A stretch of DNA of 64,000 nucleotides, taken from positions 257,610,001-257,674,000 of the forward strand of contig JBNRSN020000005.1 of assembly GCA_051313645.2 (NCBI GenBank). Reading direction: 5' to 3'. The notes under the pieces were generated by a model. It was given only the letters and a program-made list of their open reading frames with translations. It searched no databases and was not told the origin of the DNA. Shown piece after piece: positions 11,995 to 25,082 of this stretch (positions are counted from its first letter, which is position 1; each line of letters opens with the position of its first letter). The stretch comes from Centroscyllium fabricii (lineage: Eukaryota). The translations under genes were made by a program, and so were the position numbers.

Positions 11995-12462
11995 AAAGAA
12001 ATAATTGCATTCTCTGGCTGCCTTTCACGACCACCAGACGTCCCAAAGCGTTTACAGCCAATGAAGTACTTTTTGAAGTGTGGACACTGTTGTAATGTGG
12101 GAAACGTGGCAGCCAATTTGCTCACAGCAAGCTCCCACAAACAGCTAAGTGATAATGACCAGAACATCTGTTTTTAGTGATGCTGATTGAGAGATAAATA
12201 TTGGATAGGACATCAGGGATAACTCCCCTACTCTTGTTCAAAATAGTGCCATAGGATCTTTTACGTCCACCTGAGAGAGCAGACAAGGGCTAGGTTAAAC
12301 ATCTCATCCGAAAGACAGCACCCCCAACAGTGTGGCAGTCCCTCAGAACTGCACTGGAGTGTCAGCCTAGAGAATTTGTGCTCAAGTCCCTGGAATGGCA
12401 CTATGAACCCACAACCTTCTGACTCAGAGGCGAGAGTGCTACCCACTGAGCTACAGTAGACA
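11995..12462 (-). mobile_element. SacSINE1/DeuSINE, near full length
   Basis: tRNA-like head (gctcagtgg..gggttcat), Deu domain, L2-type tail (cccaaagcgtttacagccaatgaagtac). Confidence 0.85.
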
Positions 12463-14236
12463 CCTAAAAAACCATCTAGAATAGAATCATAGAATGGTTA
12501 CAGCACAGGAGGCCATTTGACCCATCGAGCCCGTGCCGGCTCTCTGCAAGAACTCTTCAGCTAGTGCCACTCCCCCACCCTTTCCCCCCGCAGCCCTGCA
12601 GATTTCTCTTCAGGTACTTATTCAATTCCCTTTTGAAAGCCACGATTGAATCTGCCTTCACCACCCTTTCAGGCAGTGCATTCCAGATCCTAACCACTTG
12701 TATAAAAAAAGTTTGTCCTCACTTCACCTTAGATTCAAGGTGATTGGCAGAAGAAGCAGTGTCCCTTGGTTCTCGACCCTTCTGCTAATGGGAACAGTTT
12801 TGCTCTATCTACTCTGTCTAGACTCATGATTTTAAACACCTCCATCAAATCTCCTCTCAACCTTCACTGCTCTAAGGAGAACAACCCCAGCTTCTCCAGT
12901 CTATCCACATAACTGAAGTCCATCATCCCTGGAACTATTCTCGTGAATCTTTTCTGCACCCTCTCCAAGGCCTTCACATTCTTCCTAAAGTGTGGTGCCC
13001 AGAATTGGCCACAAAAGTCCAATTGACGCCGAATCAGTGTTTTATAAAGGTTCATCATAACTTCCTTGCTTTTGTACTCTATGCCTCTATTTATGAAGCC
13101 CAGGATCCCATATGCTTTTTTAACCACTTTCTCAACCTGCCGTGCCACCTTCAACCATTTGTGCACATATACCCCCAGGTCTCTCTATTCATGCACCCCC
13201 TTTAGAATTGTACCCTTAGTTTGTATTGCCTCTCCTAAATTTCATCAGCCACATGTCCGCCTATTCAACCAGCCTGTCTATGTCCTCTTGAAGTCTATCT
13301 CAATCCTCATCCTCACTGTTGACTATAATTCCAAGTTTTGTCTCATCAGCAAATTTTGAAATTGTGCCCAGTACACCCATGTCCAAGTCATCGATATATA
13401 TCATGAAAAGCTGTGGTCCTAGATATACATTGGGGAACACCACTGTATATCTTCCTCCGGTTCAAGAAACAACTTCACAGCTACTCTCGGTTTCCTGTCA
13501 CTTAGCCAATTTCGTATCCATGCTGCCACTGTCCTTTGCATTCCATGGGCTTCAACTTTGCTGGCACTTTATCAAACACCTTTTGGAAGTCCATGTACAC
13601 CACATCAACTGCATTGCCTTTATTAACCCTCTCTGTTGCCTCATCAAAAAACTCAATCAAGTTAAACACGATTTGCCTTTAACAAATCGGTGCTGGCTTT
13701 CCTTAATCCACACTTGTCCAAATGACTGTTAATTTTGTCCCGGATTATTCCCTGCCACCAAGGTTAAACTGACTGGCCTGTAGTTGCTGGGTTTATTCTT
13801 GCACCCTTTTCTGAACAAGGCTGTAACATTTGCAATTCTTCAGTCCTCTGGCCCACCCGCATATTTAAGGAATATTAGAAGATCACATCCAGTACCTCTG
13901 CAATTTTCACCTTTACTTCCCTCTACATCCTTGGAAGCATCACATCTGGTCCTGGTGACTTATCTACTTTACATACAGCCAGCCTTTCTAGTGTGGTAAA
14001 CCACTGTTGTATATATTTGCCTATGTGTATACATGCCCGGGCATGCCTGAAGCTGACTCCGCCCCTAGCCTACCTGATAAAGGCCCGAGCTCTGGGAGCC
14101 TGGCCCAGTACAAGGACTTGCCGGTCAGTCTAAGGATGTCCAGGGTCCTTAGTGAATAAAAGCCTCAGTTGTATTCTCAACCTCGCTTCGAGTATAATTG
14201 ATTGCGCATCTATTTTATTCACTAAGAGTTTTGAGA

Positions 14237-17200
14237 TGGACGCCCTCCTAAAGCTATCCACCCTGGAACTCGACCAGAGCGCACCAGAGGCGCCGAGCAG
14301 CTTCTCCCACTGGCTAACCTGCTTTGAGGGATTCCTGGCGACCTCCGCCAGCACTGTCCAGACAGATGCCCAGAAACTCTTGCTTCTGCAGTCACGGCTC
14401 CATCACCGAGTGTTCCAACTCATCAAGGAAACGACCTCCTACACATCGGCGATGGCCCTCCTCAAGGAGCAGTATGAGCGGCCGACTAACACGGTTTACG
14501 CCAGGCACCTCCAGCTGACCCGCAAACAACGGCCCGGGGAGAGTTTTGCTGGCTTTGTGCGGGCCCTGACGGAGCTCAGCAGAGCCTGCAACTGCGAAAC
14601 GGCCTCGGCAGATGAGCACAGGGAGCTGCTAGTCCGAGACGCCATCGTCGCCAGCGTACAATCGGACTACACCCGGAAGAGACTGCTGGAACTGGGGAAA
14701 CTGTCCCTGAAGAAGGCCACAGACATCGGACTCGCACTCGAAGGGGCTGATTGGACTATGGAGTCGTACGCGCACATGGCTGCCCCATGGACCTCACGGG
14801 AGCCGCCAACATGGAACACGCCAGGCCTTACGCCGCGCCACCTTTGCCTCACCCCGTGAACGGCTCGACCACCGCGGCGGTTTCCCGGAGCCAGAAGTGC
14901 TATTTCTGCGGCCAACTGAAGCACTCCAGGCAGCGCTGTCCGGCGAAGGACGCTACGTGCACGCATTGCCAGAAGAAGGGACACTACGCGAGCGTCTGCA
15001 AGTCATCCCCCAGGCCCAGCAATGCTGCGTGTGAACCGACCTCGCGGCCGTCTTGGACAACCCCCACCATGTGCGACTCATGGGAGCAGCCATCTTGGAA
15101 GCCTGCAGCCACAGACCGACCCGGCTCCCCGACTGACTGCGATGAGCCACCAGCCGCGGTACTGGCTTCTGTTACCTTGGACCAGTCTGGGCCCCACCAC
15201 CTCACAAAGTCAATGATGGACATTAAGGTAAACGGCTGCGCCACAAACTGCCTGTTTGACTCAGGGAGCATGGCAAGCTTTATCCACCCCGATACAGTGC
15301 GCCGCCTCTCGCTCTCCACTCGGCTCATGCACCAGCGCATCTCCCTCGCTTCCAAATCCCAGACCGTGGATGTCGGCGGTTACTGCGTGGTAACCCTGTC
15401 GGTGAGCGGCGCAGTGTACAAGGATTTCAAACTCCTAGTCCTACCCAACCTGTGCGCGGCTGTCCTCCTGGGGTTAGACTTCCAAACCCACCTTAATAGC
15501 GTTACGATGGCGTACGGGGGGGCCCTTCGCCCACTGTCTGCAGCCTCTCGACCCTCAAGGTCGCCCCTCCCTCACTGTTCGCTAACCTCACCCCAGACTG
15601 CAAACCCATAGCCACTAAGAGCAGGAGATACAGTGCTGGGGACAGGGCTTTCATCAAGTCCGAGGTACAGCGGCTCCTGAAGGAGGGGGTGATTGAGGCT
15701 AGCACCAGCCCCTGGAGGGCCCAAGTAGTCGTTGTTAAGACCGGTGAAAAGAACCAATTACTTATCGACTACAGCCAGACCATCAACCGCTTTGCGCAGT
15801 TGGACGCGTACCCCCTCCCCCGCATATCTGACATGGTCAAACAGATTGCACAGTACAAGGTGTTCTCCACCATTGACCTGAAATCGGCTTATCACCAACT
15901 CCCCATCCTCCCCGCGGACCGCCGCTATACTGCCTTCGAGGCTAACAGCCGCCTCTACCACTTCCTCAGGGTCCCCTTCGGGGTCACCAATGGCGTCTCG
16001 GTTTTCCAACGGGAGATGGACCGTATGGTTGACCAGCACGGGCTGCTGGCCATGTTCCCGTACCTCGACAACGTGACCATCTGCGGCCATGACCTGTAGG
16101 ACCATGACGCCAACCTGGAAAAGTTCCTTCGCACGGCCCAACTCCTTAATCTCACCTATAACAAGGAGAAATGCATGTTCCGCACAACTCGCCTCGCCAT
16201 TCTTGGCTGTGTCGTGGAAAACGGGGTCATCGGTCCTGACCCAGACTGCAGGCGCCCCCTCATGGAACTCCCCCTCCCCTATTGCTAAAAGACCCTGCGA
16301 AGATGCCTGGGCTGATTCTCCTACTACGCCCAGTGGGTCCCTAACTTTGCGGACAAGGCCCGCCCGCTGCTTAAGTCCACCTCCTTTACCCTGACGACGG
16401 AGGCCCGTATGGCCTTCGACCACATCAAACGGGACATCGCTAAGGCCACCATGCACGCGGTGGATGAAACCGCCCCATTTCAAGTGGAGAGCGATGCGTC
16501 CGACTTTGCCCTGGCCGCCACCCTTAACCAGGCGGGCAGACCCGTGGCCTTCTTCTCCCGGACCCTCTCCAAGGCCCCGAGACTAGACACTCCTCTGTCG
16601 AGAAGGAGGCCCAGGCCATATTGGAAGCTGTGCGCCACTGGAGGCATTACTTGGCCGGTCAACGGTTTACCCTGCTCACTGACCAGCGCTCAGTTGCTTT
16701 TAAGTTCAGCAACAAGCAGCGGGGTAAAATCAAAAACGACAAGATATTGAGGTGGAGAATTGTACTCTCCACCTACAACTACGATATCTTGTACCGGCCC
16801 GGGAAGCTCAACGAGCCCCCAGACGCCCTCTCCCGGGGAACATGCGCCAGCATGCAGGTGGATCGACTGCGGTCCCTCCACAACGACCTCTGCCACCCGG
16901 GCGTCACCCGGTTCTTCCATTTTGTCAAGGCCCGCAACCTACCCTACTCCATTGAGGAGGTCAGGACCATGACCAGGGACTGCCAGGTCTGCGCCGAGTG
17001 CAAACCGCACTTTTACAGGCCAGACAGGGCACAACTGATCAAGGCCACCCGTCCCTTCGAGCGCCTCAGCATCGATTTCAAGGGACCCCTCCCCTCCCCC
17101 GACCGCAATGTGTACTTTCTCACCATTATTGATGAGTACTCACGGTTCCCCTTCGCCGTTCCCTGCCCTGACATGACCTCGGCCACGGTCATCAAGGCCC

Positions 17201-17852
17201 TGCACAATCTCTTCGCCCTGTTCGGGTTCCCCAGCTACATCCATAGCGACCGGGGTTGCTCATTTATGAGCGACGAGCTGCGACAGTACCTGCTCGCTAG
17301 AGTCGCCACGAGCAGGACTACCAGCTACAACCCCCGGGGGAACGGACAGGTGGAGAGGGAGAACGCTACAGTCTGAAATGCCACCCTGCTAGCCCTAAAG
17401 TCCAGGGGCCTTCCGGTGTCGCGCTGGCAAGACGTTCTCCGGGATGCACTCCATGCTATCCGATCCCTCCTCTGCACTGCCATAAACGCCACCCCTCATG
17501 AAAAAATGTTTGTCTTCCCCAGGAAGTCCACATCGGGGACATCGCTCCCATCTTGGCTGACGTCGTCTTGCTTCGGAAACACGTCAGGAGCCATAAGACG
17601 GACCCCCTCGTCGAAAGAGTCCAACTCCTCCACGCAAACCCCCAATACGTCTACATTGCGTATCCGGACGGGCGGGCGGACACCGTTTCTATTAGGGACC
17701 TCGCCCCCTCGGGTGACCCCGATGCTGCCGAACCCCGCCACCCCCCCCTTTTGCAACCCACCACCCCCCGGGAGGCGCCTGTGTCTGATCTTTCTCCCCT
17801 AGCACCTGTACACTGTGCGCCGGATCCAAGGACCCAGCCGCCGACCACCGAC
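14237..17852 (+). pseudogene. gag-pol with multiple stops and frameshifts
   Basis: CYFCGQLKH..CTHCQKKGHY in frame with CLFDSGS (indicating a single gag-pol ORF); FPYLDNVTICG; DFKGP..SDRG..GQVERE. Confidence 0.9.
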
Positions 17853-18825
17853 TGTAACGGTTTGGTGGTGGGGCCCAAATGCAAGACACCGGAAGTCAAT
17901 CTAGAACTAAGATTCCCTTTATTTCTAAGTAGCTAAACAATATATATACATAAAGTCAAATACTACAATACAGAGATCAACAATTCTTAAACAGAGTTCA
18001 GGTAATAGAAGATAATTCCAACACAGAGCTCTAGAAGGAGAATCTAAAACCTCTGCGAGCAGGACATTCATAATACGCTTTGGACCCCCAGGACACTCAG
18101 CGAAGAGCATCAGATAGTTAGGAACTGGAACAAGTTATTCATCTGTGAGCAGGACCCTTTACAACGACTGCTTCATCAGAGAGTTAGGAACTGGAACAAG
18201 TTATTCATCTGTGAGTAGAACCCTTTACAACGACTACTTCATCAGAGAGTTTAGGAACAGAGCAAGTATTCCTCTGTGAGTAGAACCCTTTACAACGACT
18301 ACTTCATCAGAGAGTTAGGAACTGGAACAAGATTTTTCTTCTGTGAGTAGAACCCTTTACAACGACTACTTCATCAGAGAGTTAGGAACTGGAACAAGCT
18401 ATTCATCTGTGAGCAGGACCCTTTACAACGACTGCTTCATCAGAGAGTTAAGAACTGGAACAAGTTATTCATCTGTGAGTAGAACCCTTTACAACGACTA
18501 CTTCATCAGAGAGTTTAGGAACAGAGCAAGTATTTCTTTGCAAGCAGGGCCTTCACACAATTCGACTGGCCCAGCCAGCCAGGAACTGAACACCTACATC
18601 ATAGTAATCAGCATCAACAATCCGGCCCCTTGCTGGTGCCAGCTCCAAGCTTATAAGCAGCTCAAGCTAACTTGATTGATTAGGGCTATCCAATCCAGTG
18701 CATGTAATAGTAAACGAGGTACACTCAGGTATGTGCACTAGTAAACGAGGTACATTCAATCCTTAAGAGAGAAAAGGCCACAGAATTTAAAGGGGAATCC
18801 TTAAAGGAGAATTCCATCTATGACA
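17853..18825 (-). mobile_element. Solo LTR (973 bp, gypsy/sushi-like) nested in element 2
   Basis: Minus-strand TGTCA...TTACA; 5-bp TSD CCGAC; 3' end gcatttgggcccc shared with the 23099-24073 LTR. Confidence 0.85.
18112..18538. repeat. ~66-bp tandem repeat x6.5 inside the solo LTR
   Basis: agtta/agttt unit starts at 18116, 18182, 18248, 18313, 18380, 18446, 18512. Confidence 0.9.
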
Positions 18826-19347
18826 CCGACTGCCCCCGTGCAGACGAAGATGTGGAACCAGCACCGCAGCCGGAGCCACGATGATCACAGAGGCGTACCA
18901 GACCTCCTGAAAGACTCATGTACACTTCACTTTGTCTCACTTCACCCCGCTGGACTCATTTTTAAAGAAGGGGTGAATGTGGTAAACCACTGTTGTATAT
19001 ATTTGCCTGTGTGTATACATGCCCGGGCATGCCTGAAGCTGACTCCGCCCCTAGCCTACCTGATAAAGGCCCGAGCTCTGGGAGCCTGGCCCAGTACAAG
19101 GAGTTGCCGGTCAGTCTAAGGATGTCCAGGGTTCTTAGTGAATAAAAGCCTCAGTTCTATTCTCAACCTCGCCTCGAGTATAATTGATCGCGCATCATCG
19201 AGTACATTGTAGCGCCAGCAAGGCCTAGGAACCACACGTGAGCCAGAGAGACAGAAAAAACACTTGTTTAATGCATCACAGTAACACAAGAAGAGGGTGA
19301 ACCACTCGAAGCAGGCTTATTTAAACTGCCCGCCGTTGGTGACGTCA

Positions 19348-22300
19348 TTACGCCGGAAGTCGTGGTGACGTCATCGCGTCACCCGATGGGCGGGGCCATG
19401 CCCCGCAGTGTTCCCGAGGCGGATTCGGTGTCCTAGTGGGCGTGCCGCCACACAGCTCCCCCCCAGAATCTGTCCGGGAGAATAAAAAAGAGTCTGTGAG
19501 CCGTTGGGGTGGCCGGATGATGCGGCCGGCCCGTGTTGTGCGTTGTTCCTGGTTCTGCGGTGGAGTGTGGGCGGGTGTTGTTGCGGGAGGGCGTCCGCGT
19601 TGCGGTGGTTGTGCGGGGACTGTCGTCTCGCCCGCTATAACGTGTGCCGGTTTGAGCCGGTCTATTGAAACAGTTTCTGTTCTGTTGCCCATTTGAAGCT
19701 GGAAAGCTTTAGCTCCCGCCCGAAGCACTCTATAAGGGCCATCGTATGGTGGCTGTAGTGGTGATCGGTGTCCGTCGCGCCGGACGAATACAAATTTCGA
19801 ATTTTTAATGCCGTCCGGTACTCGTGCTGCCGGCTCTCCGTGCCAGGCCACTGGTAGTGGTTGGAAAGCTCGTGCCAGGTTGGCAAAGTCCTTTAGGTAC
19901 TGGTCGGCTGACCAGGGAGCGTTTGGCTCGGCTAGAAATTCGCCCGGCACTGTTAGGGCTTGGCCGTAGATGAGTTCTGCTGCCGAGGCGTTTAGGCGCT
20001 CTTTGACTGCCGAGCGCAGCCCGAGGAGGACCCATGGGAGACGGTCGGTCCATGACGCATCTTTGAGTGTGGCCCGCAGTGATGTTTTCATAGAGCGGTG
20101 GAACCGTTCGCAGAGCCCGTTAGATTGTGGGTGGTATGCGGTGGTTCAATGCAAGGTTACCCCGAGGTCGCGGGCGATGGCCGCCCATAGTGCTGACGTA
20201 AACTGGGGTCCTCTGTCGGAGGTGATGTCGGTGGGCACGCCGAAGCGGGCGACCCAGGTGGCGATGAACGCCCTGGCCAAATCCGTGGTGCCGGTGGCAG
20301 CGAGGGGGACCGCTTCTGGCCAGCGAGTGTTGCGGTCGACCATGGTCATTACATGCGTGTGGCCCCTGGATGGCGGTAGTGGCCCGACGAGGTCGATATG
20401 GACGTGGTCAAAACGTCTGGCTGGCACTGTAAACGTTTCCAGGGGTGCCCTGATGTGCTTATGCACTTTGGAGCGCTGGCAGGCGATACAGGAGTTGGCC
20501 CAGGCGCGGACGTCTTTGCGCAGGCCGCGCCATACGAACCGGGCCGAGATTAGTTTAATCGACGCGCGGGTGCCTGGGTGGGACAGGTCATGGAGGGTCT
20601 TGAAAATGTGTCGCCTCCATGCGTGGGGGACGACGGGCCTGGGCTGCGGCAGGGACACGTCGCAGCAGACGACGGTGGCAGCAGGGCCGTGCGCGATTTT
20701 GGCCAAGTGGAGGCCGGGGAGGTTTGCTGCAGGGTTGAGCAGGTCAGGGTCGGCCAGCTGGTCTGCTGCCAGCTGGGCGTAATCGACCGCCATTTGGGCG
20801 GCGTTAATAGTGGGGCGTGAGAGGCAGTCAGCGACCACGTTGTCGCGGCCGGAGATATGCTGAATGTCGGTCGTAAATTCCGACACGGCCGCGAGCTGGC
20901 GCTGCTGCCTGGCCGACCAGGGTTCGGCGACCTTAGCCATCGCGAAGGTGAGTGGCTTATGGTCGACGAAGGCTGTAAAGTGGCGGCCCTCCAGGAGGAA
21001 GCGAAAATGTCGCACTGCAAGATGGAGAGCGAGGAGCTCCCTATCGAAGGCGCTGTACTTGACCTCTGGGGGCCGGAGCTGCCGGCTAAAGAAGGCCAGG
21101 GGCTGCCACGAGTTGCCGGTCCACTGCTCAAAAACGGCCCCGACCGCGTGGTTGGAGGCGTCAGTGGTGAGGGCTACTCTGGCGTTGGGCCTAGGGTGGG
21201 CTAGGAGGGTGGCGTTAGCCAGGGCTGTTTTGGTTGCGGTGAAGGCGGTGTCGGCGTCGGCCGTCCACTCGACCGCAGTTTTGCCGGGTTGCCCGCGTGT
21301 GGCCTGGTATAAGGGGGCCATGAGTGCGGCTGCTCCCGGGATAAAGCGGTTGTAAAAATTGACCATCCGCAGAAATTCCTGCAGCCCCTTAATGGAGTGC
21401 GGGCGGGGAAATTCCTGGACCGCCTGCACCTTGGAGGGCAGGGGTATGGCCCCGGTTTGGGAAATGCGGTGCCCGAGGAAGTCAATGGTTTGGAGGCCGA
21501 ATTTACAGTTAGTGGGGCTTAATATTAGGCCGTGTTCGACCAGGCGCTGGAACAGGGTCCTGAGGTGCAGGAGGTGTTCCTGGGGAGAGGTGCTGGCCAC
21601 GAGGATGTCGGCCAGGTAGACGAAAATAAACGTCAAGTCCCGTAGGACCGAGTCCATGAGGCGCTGGAAGGCCTGGGCCGCGTTTTTAAGGCCGAAGGGC
21701 ATCCTGAGAAACTCGAAGAGTCCAAAGGGAGTGATGACGGCCGTTTTAGGAATGTCCGCCGGGTGCACCGGGACCTGGTGGTAGCCACGCACCAGGTCGA
21801 TCTTGGAGAAGATCGTGCAGCCCGCTAGACTGGCGGAAAAATCCTGGATGTGGGGTACGGGGTACCTATCCGGGGTGGTGGCGTTGTTAAGGCGGCGGTA
21901 GTCGCCGCAGGGGCGCCAAACCCCGCCCGGCTTGGGGGCTATGTGGAGAGGAGAGGCCCAGGGGCTGTTGGAGCGGCGGATAATACCGAGTTGCTCCATG
22001 GTGCGGAACTCGGTGCGCGCGATCTCCTGTTTAGCCGGGTCGAGCCTGCGGGCGTGGGCATGGACGGGAGGGCCGGTGGTTGTTATAAAATGCTCTACCC
22101 CGTGTTTGGCCCGGCGGGCGGTGAACGTGGGGTTGGTTAGGGTGGGGAACTCTGCTAAGAGTGTGCCGTAGGCGTCGGAGTTCCGAGAGCGACATTGGGC
22201 GGCCGCGTGGGCCAGGAGTGCGGGCCCTGTGGAGCATGGGATGGTCGACATGTTATTGATGTCGACCAAGCGGCGCCGGGTCATATCGACCAGCAGGCCG

Positions 22301-24302
22301 TGGGCACAGAGGAAATCTGCCCCGAGGAGGGGTGAAGTGACCTGGGCTGTAACAAAGTCCCAGTTATACGTGTGGCCTGCAAGTCTAATGGTGAGCTTGC
22401 GGGTGCCGTACGTTTTAATATTGGAGCCGTTGGCCGCTGCGAGTGGCGGGCCCCGGGTGCCTTGTTTGGCTTCTGCTGGGGAGGCTGGCACGATGCTGTG
22501 CTGTGCGCCTGTGTCGCAGAGGAACCTGAGGCCTGTGCCGCTGTCTGTGACAAAGAGCAGTACTCCTGTGTGTCCTACAGACATAGTGGGGGCTGGGGTG
22601 GGCCGTGGCTTAAATGCGCATGGCTGGACGCAGTGGTGCGCTTTATTATCGAACCGCGTATGGTAGTAGCACCAGCCGGTGCTAGAGGGACGCGGTTGTC
22701 TGGGTGGGCGCGGGGCCCTAGGTTCAGGCATGAGGTTGGGCCTGGGGGGCGAGTGGTTGCGCTCGATAGATGCGGCGTTAGGGTCGCACGTGGTTGAGCG
22801 GGTGCGCTCTGCCGTCATGAACCTGTCGGCTTCCTCAGCGAGCTCGTCGCCGCTCCGCTGGCCAAGGGCCGCCAAGGCCAGCCTGATGGAGCGGGGTAGT
22901 TTGAGGAGGAAAACGGTGCGGAACAGGGAGGCGAGATCGGCGGTGAGCGCTTCCATCTGACCCCACAGGTCTGATGGGTCTGCGTCCCCGAGTTCGGGGA
23001 GGTTAAGGAACTGGCAGTCGCGCTTGAATTGAGAGGGGGTAAAAAAAATTATGAGCGCGGCCTTGAGGGACTCGTACCTGCCTGTAGTGGGCACACGCTG
23101 TCACAGGGTGCCTGTCCCTTTAAGAATTCAAAACAGTTTTGTTGTGCTTCACACCTGTTTTGAGGACTGGGTTCCCCTGTTATTCCATTATTTATTCTAT
23201 TATCTGTGTCAATTGCCTGTTGTGTTCCTGTTCTCATTGCCTTCAGCTTATTGGCTAACACCAAATTGTATGTTGGCCGGTTTTGGTTCATAAGCTGGAG
23301 GTAGTGATGAGAGCAGGGCGGGATCATTGAATGAACTGGATTTCTATTACACATTCTACAAACCACTGGACGAAGTGGCTACTGTTTCTGTGCTGAGCTG
23401 CCGACAGAGGCAATGGGGTTTGGAGTTCGTATCCCTCAGCCTTGACATTGGACTCTGCTATTTCTGCAGCTCAGGCTGAGTTGCTTAAGAGAGGCAATGG
23501 GGTGGAGCTCATATCACTCAGCCTTGACATTGCACTCTGCTATCTGGAACTCAGGCATGGACAATTCATATGTTGAGTAAGGGTGTTCCCCTGCTTGTGG
23601 ATCTGAATCTACTACTTGGACATTTGTTTCATTTTCATCCGAACCCAGGTTTGGACATTGATGCCTGTTATGCAGAAGCTGTTCCAAAATCCTCTGACGA
23701 GGAGTTGTATTGTGATGTCCTACTCGCAGAGGAAAACTTGTTTTGTTCTCATAAAGCAGTTGTATTGTGATGTCCTGCTTATAGAGGAAGACTTGTTTAA
23801 GTTGGACAGTGATGCCTGTAATACAGATGTTTGGACTTATATTCCTAGGGAAAATGATGCGCTTTGCTGCGTAGCATCCCTCTAACCATTTCTCACTACT
23901 TTGGGAAGTTCTGTGCCAGTCTTTAGCTAAGACTTGTTTCAGAAGTTTATTAGATATTTGTATGTTAATGCTATTTTATGTGGTTTTGTTATAAAGGAGT
24001 TTTGTTATAAAGGACGTTTCAGTGTCTCTGCATTTGGGCCCCGCCCCCATTCAGTTACATCAATCGGGTTACACACGCTGTAGTTTGGACCACATCCGAT
24101 CGATCGTCGATTGCGGTAGGGCTGAGAAGACCAGGTCGTAGCGGTCGTCCCCCTGGACGCCATGTGTGCGGCAGCTGGTTTCAATACACATAAACCAGGC
24201 CGCTGGCCGTTGCTCCCAGAACTCTGGCAGTGTGAGTCTGTGCCCGAAGTTCTGGCCAAGTCCTTGGGTTCGTGGAGCTTGGTTCCTTGCTCTTGAAGCC
24301 AT
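19348..24302 (-). pseudogene. Single gag-pol ORF, broken by a solo LTR, a stop at 20146 and a YLAD active-site change
   Basis: LPEFWE gag start; FLCDTGA PR; [19 protein letters not shown]; TTDAS RH; [18 protein letters not shown]; GPY motif. Confidence 0.9.
23099..24073 (+). mobile_element. Solo LTR (975 bp) nested in gag of element A
   Basis: TGTCA...TTACA; perfect 5-bp TSD CACGC; internal duplications. Confidence 0.85.
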
Positions 24303-25082
24303 GTTTTCCCTTTTTAAGTGTCCTTAGGCTGGTGATCCTTGATCCTGCGGCAGCTTTTTTCTTTGGAAGTCGTTCCAATTCGGGGTCACCACTGTAGCGC
24401 CAGCAAGGCCTAGGAACCACACGTGAGCCAGAGAGACAGAAAAAACACTTGTTTAATGCATCACAGTAACACAAGAAGAGGGTGAACCACTCGAAGCAGG
24501 CTTATTTAAACTGCCCGCCGTTGGTGACGTCATCACGCCGGAAGTCGTGGTGACGTCATCGCGTCACCCGATGGGCGGGGCCATGCCCCGCAGTGTTCCC
24601 GAGGCGGATTCGGTGTCCTAGTGGGCGTGCCGCCACAACATCCTCTTTATTAATTTTTAACCCATCCGGTATCTCAACTACCTCCTCCTTCACTACGACT
24701 TTGGCAGCATCTTCTTCCTTGTTAATAACAGATGCAAAGTACTCATTTAGTACCTCAGCCATGCCCTCTGCCTCCATGCATAAGCCTCCTTTTTGATCCC
24801 TAATCGACCCCATCCCTCCTCTTACTACCCGTTTACTATTTATATGCCCCGTTTACTATTTATATGCCAATAGAAGACTTTTGGATTCCTTTTTATGTTA
24901 GCTGCCAATCTATTCTCATACTCTCTTTTGACTCTCTTATTTCCTATTTCACTTCCCCTCTGATCTTTCGATATTCAGCCTGGTTCTCACTTGTATTCTC
25001 AACCTGACATCTGTCATGCGCCCTTTTTTCTGCTTCATCTTGCTCGCTATCTCTTTTGTCATCCAGGGAGCTTTGGTTGCCC

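Larger units (their letters stand above)
13992..19197 (+). mobile_element. Mag-like Ty3/gypsy LTR retrotransposon 2 (degenerate)
   Basis: 220-bp LTRs 13992-14211 and 18978-19197; TSD TCTAG/TCGAG; PPT aaagaaggggtg. Confidence 0.95.
19208..24637 (-). mobile_element. CsRn1-clade LTR retrotransposon A (very young)
   Basis: 245-bp LTRs 19208-19452 and 24393-24637 (1 difference seen); TSD ACAT; PBS TGGTGACCCCGA (tRNA-Trp) at 24380-24391; gag CYYH..C..C. Confidence 0.95.

Noticed and set aside
18112-18538. CRISPR-like periodic array
   Set aside because: Whole units repeat with no unique spacers, no cas genes, eukaryotic LTR context.
19970-22960. Long plus-strand ORFs antisense to CsRn1 pol (also at 26109, 62075)
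   Set aside because: Shadow frames of GC-rich coding sequence with no recognisable domains.
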